Source of the DNA: a virus
Length of the DNA: 64,000 bases
Direction: 5' to 3' (one strand)
Virus record (IMG/VR): IMGVR_UViG_3300023110_001943
Location: 77,497-141,496 of that record
A program made the position numbers and the translations under genes. Shown in pieces: positions 30,979 through 41,410 of this stretch. The notes below the pieces were generated by a model, which was not told where the DNA came from, ran no database searches, and saw nothing but the letters and a program-made list of their open reading frames with translations. Within the stretch, counting starts at the first letter, position 1. Each line of letters begins with the position of its first letter.

Positions 30979-32435
30979 TGGATAAATTAGCAATAATAGT
31001 TCCTTACAGAGATAGAGAAGAACATTTAAATGTATTTGTTCCACATATCCACGAATTTCTTAAAGATAAAGGTATTCGATATTCTATTTTTATTATTGAA
31101 CAATCTGATGATAGACCATTTAATTATGGAAAACTTTGTAACGCTGCAGTAAAAGAAATACCTGAAGAATATACTTACTTTGCTTTTCATGATATTGATA
31201 TGTTACCAATGAATGATGAGTGTGATTATGCTTATCCAGAATCTCCAACACATCTTGCAACCAATGTAGAAGTTCATAACAATGAATTACCTTATCCACA
31301 ATACTTTGGCGGGGTGGTTGTAATTAGTAGAGAAGATTTTGAAAATGCTAATGGTTATTCAAATGAATATTGGGGTTATGGATTTCAAGATTTGGATTTA
31401 CTAAAAAGATTAGAAAGAAGTGGTGCTTATCTTGAAAAGTTTTATGATTTAAATAATGTTTATTCAACTTACGATGAATTAGATATTTTACCATACAGAA
31501 TAGAAAATGTAAAAATTACTTCAGATAAAAAAGGTCAAACAATTCATTATAACAAATTTTCAAAAACAAATTACATATACGGCCCAATAAATCCTATATT
31601 AGAATCTGTTTTAGAAAATTCTTTTTCAGTATCTTTTTGGTTTAATGATTCAGCAAAAAGAAAAAATAAAAAAAACTTAGTTACCTTTGAAGGATGTGAT
31701 ACTGGTGTATTTTTAAGCAAAGGAAATGAACTAATTTTTCAAATTTGGGATAACTTAGAAACCCATACTGAAATTCTACTATCTTATGCAAGAAATCGTT
31801 GGAATCATTGTACATTCTCATATGATTCAGAAAATAAAAAAATAAGATTAACGATTAATGATAAAAGTGAAGAAATCCAACTCAATGATGGTTTCCAATT
31901 ATATGATTACAAAAAACATTGTATAAAAATATCCGATGGAGAATCACAAGTAGATATATCAAATGTTCTTTTGTATGATGTATATTTTGATTCATCATCT
32001 ATACGAATTTTATGTGATGAAGGAAACTTTGCTTTAGATACATTAGAAACAAATTTAGGAATTACACCATCTTTAAATTTAAGATATGATTCATTATATA
32101 AAAATAATATTTTGTTAGATTTTGGAAAATGTAAAAATCATATAAAAGTTTATGATTCATTGGATGTAAATAATATGAGTATAATTCCTAATGAATTGTA
32201 CTTACCAATAAGAACAGATGGTGTTTATAAATCATTACAACATAAAGGAGATAAAAAGATTATAGAAAAATATTATAAGTATAATCCTGATATAGAAGAA
32301 AATGCAGATATCTTTTTTGAAGATGTATTGAAAAATAACTTAGATTATAAATCAATTGGATTGAATACATTAAATTATAAGGTTTTACATAAAGAACAAA
32401 AGAAAACATATGAACTTATTAGAATTGTTACATAA
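30978..32435 (+). CDS. GT7 (beta-1,4-galactosyltransferase-like) with inserted LamG-like domain, copy 1
   Basis: 'IIVPYRDRE', 'FNYGKLCN', 'FHDID', 'YFGGV', 'NGYSNEYWGYGFQDLD'; LamG-like 'FSVSFWF..WNHCTFSYD'; C-terminal 'SLQH..GLNTLNY'. Confidence 0.8.
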   Translation: MDKLAIIVPYRDREEHLNVFVPHIHEFLKDKGIRYSIFIIEQSDDRPFNYGKLCNAAVKEIPEEYTYFAFHDIDMLPMNDECDYAYPESPTHLATNVEVHNNELPYPQYFGGVVVISREDFENANGYSNEYWGYGFQDLDLLKRLERSGAYLEKFYDLNNVYSTYDELDILPYRIENVKITSDKKGQTIHYNKFSKTNYIYGPINPILESVLENSFSVSFWFNDSAKRKNKKNLVTFEGCDTGVFLSKGNELIFQIWDNLETHTEILLSYARNRWNHCTFSYDSENKKIRLTINDKSEEIQLNDGFQLYDYKKHCIKISDGESQVDISNVLLYDVYFDSSSIRILCDEGNFALDTLETNLGITPSLNLRYDSLYKNNILLDFGKCKNHIKVYDSLDVNNMSIIPNELYLPIRTDGVYKSLQHKGDKKIIEKYYKYNPDIEENADIFFEDVLKNNLDYKSIGLNTLNYKVLHKEQKKTYELIRIVT

Positions 32436-32763
32436 TAAAAAAGTTGTTGTTAAATTAGAAAATATAGCAACACAAATACAAGATTTGACAGAATCAGATA
32501 ATGATTTCTCAAATGTTGTACCTTCCGTTGTTATGATGTTAGAAATGATATTAAACGAAAATGGAAGAAGTACGGTATCAAAAGATGTACTCGTACAAAA
32601 AGAATATGAAGATTTTTTAAAAGATTCGGATATTAAAAAGAAAAACTTTGAAGCTTATTTAAATTCTTCATATCAAAATAAATCTACAAGTGAAAGAAAA
32701 CTAACAGATTATTTAAAAAAGGAATTAATTAAAAACAAAAAGTTGAACTATGGCAACATCTAA
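32410..32763 (+). CDS. Hypothetical protein
   Basis: 117 aa ORF overlapping both neighbours in the operon. Confidence 0.5.
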   Translation: MNLLELLHNKKVVVKLENIATQIQDLTESDNDFSNVVPSVVMMLEMILNENGRSTVSKDVLVQKEYEDFLKDSDIKKKNFEAYLNSSYQNKSTSERKLTDYLKKELIKNKKLNYGNI

Positions 32764-33013
32764 AAAAAGTGAAGAACAAGTTCTTCAAGAAAGAGCGGTA
32801 AAGGCTCTTGAATCTATTGCAACATCACTCGGTGATATTAACGATTGGATGTATGAGTTAGAAGCTGATATGTGGCAAGAAAGATTAGAGTGGTACTTAA
32901 ACGAGTTCTACCAAATCGCTAAACAAAAAACAGTAGGAACATCAAACAGACCAGAAAGAGGAAGTGAGAGAATCCAAGAGACAACAGAGACTCAAGAAGA
33001 AGATAACTCATAA
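32750..33013 (+). CDS. Hypothetical helical protein
   Basis: 87 aa ORF in the operon. Confidence 0.55.
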   Translation: MATSKKSEEQVLQERAVKALESIATSLGDINDWMYELEADMWQERLEWYLNEFYQIAKQKTVGTSNRPERGSERIQETTETQEEDNS

Positions 33014-34412
33014 ACTTGGTATAATCGTTCCATATAGAGATAGAGAACAACAACTCAAAAGGTTCTTATCTCATATGAAAGAATATATCAAGGATATTGA
33101 TTACGAAATCTTCATCGTAGAACAGGCAGATGATAAACCTTTTAACAGAGGTAAACTTCTGAATGCAGGATATAAGTACGCCGTTGATAAAGGGTGTGAT
33201 TATTTTGTATTTCATGATGTTGATATGTTGCCTGAAGATGTAGATTATTCGTATTCAGAAAAACCACTTCATCTTGCAACTCACTTACAAGAACACGATT
33301 ACGAAACAACTTTCTTTGATTACTTTGGTGGTGTAACTATGTTTACCAAAGAAGATTTTAAAACCATCAATGGATTCTCTAACGAATATTGGGGATGGGG
33401 ATTCGAAGATGATGATTTATTGATAAGATGTGTTGAATCTGATTTAGATATTGATAAGGATGAAACAGGAAGTGGTGAAATAAATGAAGTTGAAGTTTTT
33501 AAACTAAATGGAAACAATTCATATATCGAATTATCAAATAAACAAAAAACAAATTTGTTAGAAGATGAATTTTCAATATCTGTTTTAGTAAAGCCAGAAA
33601 ATGTAAAGTTAAGTGAAAATAAAGAATATGATGAATTTTCAATAATATCAATACCTGGATTTAATATGGGATTGTTCTACAACTCTTTCAGAAGATTTTT
33701 TTCTCAAATGTATGATGAGAATAAAAAATCATATTCTGTTACAAGTGATATTTTAGGAGAAAGGTGGGTTCATTTAACAATGGTTTATAATACCGATGGA
33801 AATTTAAGTTTATATATTGATGGTACATTGGTTGATTCGGTACAAATAAATTCTAACATCCTACAAGTACCTTCAGATAAAATATATGTTGGTGCACCAA
33901 ATAATAAAAAAACAAATAAAAGTTTCTTTTACGGGTTGATATCAAATATCGAAATATACGATATAGCATTAACTTCTAAAGAAGTAATGGAAATATCAAA
34001 AAATACTACAAAACCAAAACTAAGAAACTTTGGTGATTTCAAATCAAGTGAATATCTACTTTCTCAAATTATACCAAGTTTATCCACAAAGGATACCTGT
34101 GTTGATATAACAGGAGAATTTGATGTTTCTTTAAATAATATATATTTATATAAAGATAAGATATCTTTTAAAAGTTTCTTACCAAAGCCACATAGAAGAA
34201 AGTGCAGATTTAAATCACTTAAACACAAAAACAATTCCTCAATAGGAAATAAGTGGGTTCATTCTCAAACGAGAAAAAATCAAATCAAGTATTACAATGA
34301 AGTTAGAAACAATTTTGATAATTTTAGAATAGATGGTCTAAATACATTGAGATTTGATGAAATAAAAAAAGAAGAAAAGGGATTAGTTACAAAAATTTCA
34401 ATACAATTATGA
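32964..34412 (+). CDS. GT7 with inserted LamG-like domain, copy 2
   Basis: 'FNRGKLLN', 'FHDVD', 'NGFSNEYWGWGFEDDD'; LamG 'WVHLTMVY..LYIDG'; C-terminal 'SLKH..DGLNTL'. Start codon uncertain (GTG 32964). Confidence 0.85.
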   Translation: MRESKRQQRLKKKITHKLGIIVPYRDREQQLKRFLSHMKEYIKDIDYEIFIVEQADDKPFNRGKLLNAGYKYAVDKGCDYFVFHDVDMLPEDVDYSYSEKPLHLATHLQEHDYETTFFDYFGGVTMFTKEDFKTINGFSNEYWGWGFEDDDLLIRCVESDLDIDKDETGSGEINEVEVFKLNGNNSYIELSNKQKTNLLEDEFSISVLVKPENVKLSENKEYDEFSIISIPGFNMGLFYNSFRRFFSQMYDENKKSYSVTSDILGERWVHLTMVYNTDGNLSLYIDGTLVDSVQINSNILQVPSDKIYVGAPNNKKTNKSFFYGLISNIEIYDIALTSKEVMEISKNTTKPKLRNFGDFKSSEYLLSQIIPSLSTKDTCVDITGEFDVSLNNIYLYKDKISFKSFLPKPHRRKCRFKSLKHKNNSSIGNKWVHSQTRKNQIKYYNEVRNNFDNFRIDGLNTLRFDEIKKEEKGLVTKISIQL

Positions 34413-34819
34413 TGAGCATGTACAAAACAGGTGTAATTGCAGGTAACTTTGATGTTATTCATCCTGGTTACATAAAAATGTTTAAAGAATGTAAATCATA
34501 TTGTCAACAATTTGTAATACTTCTTCATGTAGACCCATCAATTGAAAGACCAGAAAAATTAAAACCAATTCTAACCAAAGAAGAAAGAACAGAAATTCTA
34601 ACTTCAATTAGGTGGATAGATTCAATTGCATATTACACTTATGAAAAAGAGTTGGTAGAATTATTAAAAGGATTACAACCAGATATCAGATTTTTAGGAG
34701 ATGATTATAGAGGTAAAACATATACAGGTTTCGAATTAGATATACCAATTCACTATTTAAATAGAGACCATGGTTGGTCAACAACCAAGTTTAAAAAACT
34801 AATTGCAGATTCAATATGA
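34409..34819 (+). CDS. Cytidylyltransferase (TagD/RfaE-like HxGH family)
   Basis: 'GNFDVIHPGY', 'ER.EIL', 'LGDDY', 'WSTT'. Confidence 0.8.
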   Translation: MMSMYKTGVIAGNFDVIHPGYIKMFKECKSYCQQFVILLHVDPSIERPEKLKPILTKEERTEILTSIRWIDSIAYYTYEKELVELLKGLQPDIRFLGDDYRGKTYTGFELDIPIHYLNRDHGWSTTKFKKLIADSI

Positions 34820-36261
34820 AATTAGGAGTTTGTGTACCATACAGAAACAGAGAGGCTCATCTAAAAGAATTTGTACCAAAAATTAGTAAGTACCTTGATT
34901 CTCAAGGAATTGATTATTGTATTTATTTTGGACACCAAGTTGATGATAAATTATTCAACAGAGGAGCAACCAAAAATATCGCTGCAAAACACGCATTTGA
35001 AGATGGTTGTGATTATATCGTTTGGCACGATATTGATATGATACCAGAAGAAGGTGGTGGGGCAGATTATAGTTTTCCAAAAGAAAACCCAAGACATATT
35101 GCAACTGAAATTTCACAAATGAATTATCAACTAAAGTATGAAGAATACTTCGGTGGTGCAATTGTTTTCTCAAAAGAACAAGTTGAAAAAACCAATGGAT
35201 ATTCCAATGATTATTGGGATTGGGGAATGGAAGATGATGATTTGTTTTGGAGATGTGTTCTTGAAGGATATGTAAATGATACTTACTTAGATTATACAAA
35301 ACAAGAGAAAGATTTTATATCATTTAATGGTAAAGATTCTTATGTACGGATTCCATGTACTCGTTCTCTTCGTAACTTAACTTCTCGTTCACATACAATT
35401 TCAGTATTGGTACGAGCACATCAACAAGAAGAAAAAGTACCTGTTTTCTTAATTGGAGATACTGAAAGAAGATTTGTAGAATATCCGATATTTCGTAGAC
35501 CAGGTTATGATTATGGTATATCTTATAATAACTCAAGAGCTTATACCGCACAACTTTGGAACAACCAAAGAGAGCATCTTTATCAATGGATGAAAAGATA
35601 TGAAAACCAATGGACTTGGATTACACTTGTTGTTGATAGTAACAATGTTCATTTTTATATGAACGGAAAGGAATCAGATGCTAGATGGGGAACAGGAACA
35701 CACTCACCTTTACATTTTGAAGGAATGTTAAAAAGATATGGTAATGTTGATTATTATTTAGGAACTACAACTTCTGTATCTGATGATGAGCCTTCTAAGT
35801 GGTTTAAAGGAGATATTGCAGATGTTAGAATGTGGAATAGAGCACTAACATCTGATGAAGTATCTGAAATACCAAATACAATTTTAGATGATGGGTTATA
35901 CCTACATTACGATTTCAAAGATGGGTTAGTGTTGGATAAAACCAACAATGGAAACGATGGTGTTTCATATAATTGTGAATATAAAAAAGAAAAAGTTGAA
36001 ATTCCTTTTACAAAAGTACCACACAGAGTAAATGGTAGAATGTTTTGCTTACCTCATGAAGATGAAGGGTTAGTAAATATAAATGGTATCGATAAATGGG
36101 CTAAAGGTGAAACAACAGCAAGAAACGAAAGAAGGTTTGTAAAAGAAATGCAACAAGGAAATTGGGATTACAAATCTGATGGTATTAATCAAGTTAAATA
36201 TGAGTTGGTTAGTATCGAAGAAATTTCACCAAAAGCAAAATACATAAACATTAAGTTGTGA
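34816..36261 (+). CDS. GT7 with inserted LamG-like domain, copy 3
   Basis: 'VPYRNRE', 'FNRG', 'WHDID', 'WDWGMEDDD'; LamG 'FKGDIADVRMWNRAL'; C-terminal 'CLPH..DGINQVKY'. Confidence 0.85.
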   Translation: MKLGVCVPYRNREAHLKEFVPKISKYLDSQGIDYCIYFGHQVDDKLFNRGATKNIAAKHAFEDGCDYIVWHDIDMIPEEGGGADYSFPKENPRHIATEISQMNYQLKYEEYFGGAIVFSKEQVEKTNGYSNDYWDWGMEDDDLFWRCVLEGYVNDTYLDYTKQEKDFISFNGKDSYVRIPCTRSLRNLTSRSHTISVLVRAHQQEEKVPVFLIGDTERRFVEYPIFRRPGYDYGISYNNSRAYTAQLWNNQREHLYQWMKRYENQWTWITLVVDSNNVHFYMNGKESDARWGTGTHSPLHFEGMLKRYGNVDYYLGTTTSVSDDEPSKWFKGDIADVRMWNRALTSDEVSEIPNTILDDGLYLHYDFKDGLVLDKTNNGNDGVSYNCEYKKEKVEIPFTKVPHRVNGRMFCLPHEDEGLVNINGIDKWAKGETTARNERRFVKEMQQGNWDYKSDGINQVKYELVSIEEISPKAKYINIKL

Positions 36262-36288
36262 TATATATTAATATAAAGAAAAAAATAC

Positions 36289-37710
36289 ATGGCAGTAGAT
36301 AATCAATTATCAAATCATTTAGTTGAAACAAAAGAAAAACTCGATAGAGTTGGATGTGGATTTTGTTTGGCAAAATGGACACAAGTTACGATGCACCTTC
36401 AAATAGGTCATACACATTCATGCCACCACCCTGGTACACATCCAATTCCACAAAGGGAAATTAGAAGAAATCCATCTGCACTTCATAACACTCGTTTTAA
36501 AAAACTAAAACGAAAAGAAATGATGGAAAACAAAAGACCAACTGAATGTGATTATTGTTGGAATGTTGAAGATAACTCAAATGAGTATTCAGATAGAACT
36601 TTTAAATCATCAGAACCTTGGTCTATAAAACATTATGATGATATTGTAAATTCAAATTGGAAAGATGATTTCAACCCAAGATATGTTGAGGTTTCTTTTT
36701 CAAATGCTTGTAATTTTAAATGTTCATATTGTTCACCACAGTTTTCTACTAAATGGATGGAAGAAATCAAACAACATGGTGGTTATCCTACAACCGATAA
36801 TTTCAATAGTATCAGTTATTTAGAGAGTGAAAACAAAATGCCTATTCCTCAAAGCGAACATAACCCTTATGTGGAGGCATTTTGGAAATGGTGGCCAGAT
36901 TTGTACCAAGATTTATATACATTTAGAATCACAGGTGGAGAGCCTTTGATGAGTAAAGATACTTGGAAAGTTCTTGATTATATTATTGAAGAAGAAAATC
37001 CAAATACAAACTTATCATTGGCAATAAACTCTAATTTAGGAGTACCTGATACTTTAATAGATAGATTTATTGAAAAAGTAAATAAAATTACTCAAGAAAA
37101 TAAAGTAAAGGATTTTGTGATATTTACTTCCGTAGATGCTCATGGTGAAAGAGCCGAGTATATTAGAAATGGTTTGGTGTATAATAAGTTTATGGATAAT
37201 GTGGATAAAATCTTAAAGGCTTGTCCAAGAATTAATATAACCTTTATGGTAACATATAATGCATTATCATTACCAAATTATGATAAACTTATTAAAGAAG
37301 TTTATGATTTAAAGGTATTGCATAAAGGTGTTGATAGGTATTGGCCTGGTGCAATCTTAATGGACACCTCTTATTTAAGACATCCACAGCATCAGGCAGT
37401 TAAAGTTGCGATGGGAGATACTTCATATGATTGGTCTCAAAATATTATTAAACAGGCCGAACTCATGAACTATTTACAAGCTCCTTATTTTGCTAAACAA
37501 GAAGCTGGGTATGGTGATTTGGAAATCATAAAAATGAAAAGAATTTATGATTGGATGATTTCACCTGAAGAGGACCATATTCAAAAAATGAGAAGATATA
37601 ACTTTTATCATTATTTTAAAAATCATGATGAAAGACGAGGAACAAACTTTGTAAAAACATTTCCAGAATTTGAAAACTTTTATAATATTTGTAAAGAAAC
37701 TAAGTTATGA
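36289..37710 (+). CDS. Radical SAM enzyme with N-terminal twitch/SPASM-like Cys domain
   Basis: 'CNFKCSYC', 'TGGEP', 'INSN'; extra Cys in 'CLAKW', 'SCHH', 'CDYCW'. Confidence 0.85.
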   Translation: MAVDNQLSNHLVETKEKLDRVGCGFCLAKWTQVTMHLQIGHTHSCHHPGTHPIPQREIRRNPSALHNTRFKKLKRKEMMENKRPTECDYCWNVEDNSNEYSDRTFKSSEPWSIKHYDDIVNSNWKDDFNPRYVEVSFSNACNFKCSYCSPQFSTKWMEEIKQHGGYPTTDNFNSISYLESENKMPIPQSEHNPYVEAFWKWWPDLYQDLYTFRITGGEPLMSKDTWKVLDYIIEEENPNTNLSLAINSNLGVPDTLIDRFIEKVNKITQENKVKDFVIFTSVDAHGERAEYIRNGLVYNKFMDNVDKILKACPRINITFMVTYNALSLPNYDKLIKEVYDLKVLHKGVDRYWPGAILMDTSYLRHPQHQAVKVAMGDTSYDWSQNIIKQAELMNYLQAPYFAKQEAGYGDLEIIKMKRIYDWMISPEEDHIQKMRRYNFYHYFKNHDERRGTNFVKTFPEFENFYNICKETKL

Positions 37711-38474
37711 TAAAAATAAATTATAAAGATTGGTATGAAATAGATACCGATGATACTCACAATTTTAGAAAAAAAGACCATACAATTTGGGCCCAAGAAT
37801 CATTTACTCTTTTTATAAGATGTAAAACAGATTGGGATGCTCTTGTAAAAGAAGAGGGAGAAAATACAGCTAGTTGTATAGTTGGTAAACCAGGAATGCA
37901 TCTTGGATTAATGGTTACTCCTGAACATATTTTTAAATTTGATTTTTGGACCAACGTTGATGGTGAAATAAAATATGGTCAAGTAGCATCAAGATTAATG
38001 ACTGAAGGAAAAGAATTTATAAACATTTTTGTATCTCATGATTCTAAAAATAAAAAAATAGATTTATTTATTTATGATGAAAAGGAAGATGAAAGAATAC
38101 ATGAAAGTACAACATATGAAGGTGTCATAAGTGATTATACTTGGTGTCCTACATATATAGGTTGTGCATTCCATGATAAAGAACAAGGTTGGCCACATAA
38201 CAACTTTTGGGCTGGAGATATCTCATACTTTAAAATTATAGATGAATATGTTGATAGAGAAACTATTGATGAAATGATATACTTTGATATGGATGAATTG
38301 ACTAAATTTAAAAATGATAAAGCCTATTTTATATTTGATGGAGTAAGACAAACAGAAAGTTCTATTTTTGATATTTCAAATAATAATAATCATGCAAGAT
38401 TTAAAAAACAAGAAATATATAAAAAGTATAATTCACCAGAAGAAAAACAAAATACTAAAAATCAAATACTTTGA
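37707..38474 (+). CDS. Stand-alone LamG/concanavalin A-like protein
   Basis: 'SFTLF', 'GKPGMHLGL', 'YIGC', 'WAGDISYFKI', 'DISNNNNHA' resemble the LamG inserts of the GT7 paralogs. Confidence 0.6.
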   Translation: MIKINYKDWYEIDTDDTHNFRKKDHTIWAQESFTLFIRCKTDWDALVKEEGENTASCIVGKPGMHLGLMVTPEHIFKFDFWTNVDGEIKYGQVASRLMTEGKEFINIFVSHDSKNKKIDLFIYDEKEDERIHESTTYEGVISDYTWCPTYIGCAFHDKEQGWPHNNFWAGDISYFKIIDEYVDRETIDEMIYFDMDELTKFKNDKAYFIFDGVRQTESSIFDISNNNNHARFKKQEIYKKYNSPEEKQNTKNQIL

Positions 38475-39880
38475 TAAATAAGATAAATTTAGTTTACGAG
38501 TACAATTCACCACTCGGCCCAATATTTCCATCACTAAATAAGGAAGATATGCCTGATTTGTTTTTATCAATATTAGATAATTTAGATTCTATTGATAATC
38601 ATATACTAAAGGCAAATAAAACTAACTATAAGGGAACAGAATCTCATTATTCGCATTTTTCAAATCTAATATCAGCTTATAAACAAAAATATGTTCATAC
38701 ACCTGAAAAAACAAAAATTGATTATAGACATATATGTGATGTAGAAGATAAAGAGGATGAGTTAAATATTTTTATGATTCAATCTTGTCATTTTTATACA
38801 ATAGAGAGAGAAATTTCAAAAAACTATTTAGATTTAAATTTTATAAGTAAACAAACAATATCTTTACTCAAAGAATTTAAAAACTTTTTTATTTGGGTAG
38901 TAGATGATAAAGAAGGCTCATATGATTTCGAACCACAATTTAGAAAAAATATATTAAATTTTTTAGATAGTAATAATATTAATAGACGTAAATTTATATT
39001 TTCAAATTGTAATAATTTTATCAATAAAAAAATAAACTTTGTTAAATCATTTCCTATAAATCCATATATTTTACAAGGAACTTTGGATGAAAATATAGAT
39101 TGCAATGGAAATACAAAATCAGCTCCAAGTATAACTAATATTAAAAACCAAAAAGAAAAAATTAGACCATATAAATTTTTATGTTATAACAGAAATTCAT
39201 CTCGATTACATAGGTTGTTACTTGTTTCAAAATTATTTAAAGATAATATACTTGATGATTGTATGGTATCATTATATGAAAACGAATATTTTAATGATAT
39301 AGATAGAGATGATTTGTTTTATTCATTTGAAGGTTTGGAATTTAGTTATGTTGATGTAAGTTGGATGAAAAAAACACTTAATGAAAAATATCCTCTTAGA
39401 TTGGATTTTGATAACCAACAATCAGCTGCACAATCTGATAATTTTTTATCGGAATCTTCTCATTATTTAGATACTTATTTTTCACTTGTAACTGAAACTT
39501 CGATTAGTAACGATTGGTGTTTTATTACTGAAAAATGTATAAGACCAATGGTAGGTATGCAACCATTTATTGTATTTGGCAATCCACATACTCTTAAAAC
39601 TTTAAAGACCTTTGGTTTTAAAACTTTTGATAAAATAATTGATGAATCTTATGATAATGAATTTGATACAAATCTAAGATTTGAACTTGCTTATAATCAA
39701 GTTAAAAAATTAAACAATATGCCAATTGAAGAATTACATAAAGTATATCATAGTATTATGGATATATTAGAACATAATAAAAACTTAATAAGAGAATTGG
39801 CACATTCTGATGGTGTTGTTGATGATACAATATCTAAGTTAATTGAATGTGTCTCAAAAAATACAAATTTTGTTTTATGA
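38471..39880 (+). CDS. Putative GT-B glycosyltransferase (VTET/TEK/GFKTF family), copy 1
   Basis: 'FLCYNR..R.HR', 'LVTET..FITEK..RP...QPFIVFG..GFKTFD..IDESYD'. Confidence 0.55.
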   Translation: MINKINLVYEYNSPLGPIFPSLNKEDMPDLFLSILDNLDSIDNHILKANKTNYKGTESHYSHFSNLISAYKQKYVHTPEKTKIDYRHICDVEDKEDELNIFMIQSCHFYTIEREISKNYLDLNFISKQTISLLKEFKNFFIWVVDDKEGSYDFEPQFRKNILNFLDSNNINRRKFIFSNCNNFINKKINFVKSFPINPYILQGTLDENIDCNGNTKSAPSITNIKNQKEKIRPYKFLCYNRNSSRLHRLLLVSKLFKDNILDDCMVSLYENEYFNDIDRDDLFYSFEGLEFSYVDVSWMKKTLNEKYPLRLDFDNQQSAAQSDNFLSESSHYLDTYFSLVTETSISNDWCFITEKCIRPMVGMQPFIVFGNPHTLKTLKTFGFKTFDKIIDESYDNEFDTNLRFELAYNQVKKLNNMPIEELHKVYHSIMDILEHNKNLIRELAHSDGVVDDTISKLIECVSKNTNFVL

Positions 39881-40839
39881 AAATACTAATCACAGGAGGA
39901 GCAGGTTATTTGGGTTCAGTAATGACTGAACTATTTTTAAAAAAAGGTTATGAGGTTACTATTTTAGATAATCTTATGTATAACCAAACATCATCTATAA
40001 TTTATACTCACTACAAAAACTTTAATTTTGTATATGGTGATGTTAGAGATAAAAAACTATTAAAAGAATTAGTTTTATATAATGATTTGATTATTCCACT
40101 TGCAGCAATCGTTGGATTTCCTGCTTGTGAAAGAGATAAAGAATTAGCAACACAGATAAATTACGACCATGTAAAGTTTATTTGTGATTTAGTAAAAAAT
40201 ACAGAGAAAAGGGTGGTTTATCCGAACACCAATAGTGGGTATGGGATAGGAGAGAATGGGGTGTGCACTGAAGAAAGTCCACTTAACCCCATTTCACACT
40301 ATGGAGTTACTAAGGTAAACGCCGAAAAAGAAGTTTTAGGTATTGGTGGAATCTCTTTGAGATTAGCAACCGTATTTGGAACTTCACCAAGAATGAGAAT
40401 GGATTTATTGGTAAACGAATTTGTTTACAAAGCACTTACTGATAAATCTATTGTTCTCTTCGAGAAAAAATTTGTGAGAAACTTTATTCACATTAGAGAT
40501 GTTGCACTTGTATTTGGAAAAATGATTGAAGAATATCCATTACATAGTGGTGAGGTTTATAATGTGGGATTAACAGAAGCAAATTTAACTAAACAACAAT
40601 TGTGTGAAGCAATCAAAGAACAGATTCCTTCATTTGAAATATTTTATAATGAAAATTATCAAGACCCCGATAAGAGAGATTATATTGTTTCAAATTCGAA
40701 GTTAGAATCTAATGGTTGGATTCCTCAATATAGTTTAGATGATGGAATTAGTGAATTGATTAAAACTTATACAATACTAATTTCAGATTTAAGTTCAAAA
40801 TATAGAAATGATTTTCCATTAGGTTATGGCATTAAATAG
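39877..40839 (+). CDS. NAD-dependent nucleotide-sugar epimerase/dehydratase (extended SDR)
   Basis: 'TGGAGYLG', 'HYGVTK', 'RLATVFG'. ATGA overlap supports a start at 39877. Confidence 0.85.
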   Translation: MKILITGGAGYLGSVMTELFLKKGYEVTILDNLMYNQTSSIIYTHYKNFNFVYGDVRDKKLLKELVLYNDLIIPLAAIVGFPACERDKELATQINYDHVKFICDLVKNTEKRVVYPNTNSGYGIGENGVCTEESPLNPISHYGVTKVNAEKEVLGIGGISLRLATVFGTSPRMRMDLLVNEFVYKALTDKSIVLFEKKFVRNFIHIRDVALVFGKMIEEYPLHSGEVYNVGLTEANLTKQQLCEAIKEQIPSFEIFYNENYQDPDKRDYIVSNSKLESNGWIPQYSLDDGISELIKTYTILISDLSSKYRNDFPLGYGIK

Positions 40840-41410
40840 AAGTATATTTTATAAAGAAAGAAGCTGGAATGATTTTCACTTCTACAATGGCAGTGTTCTT
40901 AATGATATAAAAATAGTACAACCTTCAATATATCATGAATATAGGGGTAGTATTTCTACAACATATCATTCAGATTACTATGATAGATTATTACCTGCTA
41001 ACGAAAGAAACGAAGGATTGCAATTTAAACACGATAGATATTCAAAATCTAAGTTCGCGGTTTTAAGGGGATTGCACTATGATGATAAAACTTGGAAATT
41101 AGTAAGTTGTTTACATGGTAAAATTTATCTTGTAGTATTAGATGTTAGACCTCACTCATTAACTTATGGTAAATGGGAATCATTTATAATTTCACCTGAA
41201 ACGGGTACACAAGTTCTTGTACCGCCTATGTTTGCAAATGGACACTTTGTAATGGAAGATGATTCTATTTTTCATTATAAGATGGCATATAAAGGTGAAT
41301 ATAATGACGAAAATAAACAAAAGACAATTTTATTTAACGATAAAAGATTTAACATAGATTGGCCAGTACAAAATCCAATCTTATCAAAACGAGATGCAAA
41401 TGGAAATTAA
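40826..41410 (+). CDS. rmlC: dTDP-4-dehydrorhamnose 3,5-epimerase family (cupin)
   Basis: 'YRG', 'VLRGLHY', 'KLVSC..G.I..V.LDVR..S.TYGKW', 'ID WP'. Confidence 0.85.
   Translation: MALNRSIFYKERSWNDFHFYNGSVLNDIKIVQPSIYHEYRGSISTTYHSDYYDRLLPANERNEGLQFKHDRYSKSKFAVLRGLHYDDKTWKLVSCLHGKIYLVVLDVRPHSLTYGKWESFIISPETGTQVLVPPMFANGHFVMEDDSIFHYKMAYKGEYNDENKQKTILFNDKRFNIDWPVQNPILSKRDANGN

Noticed and set aside
34142-34151. Intragenic ATATTTATAT
   Set aside because: About 260 nt from the next start and plausible by chance in AT-rich DNA.
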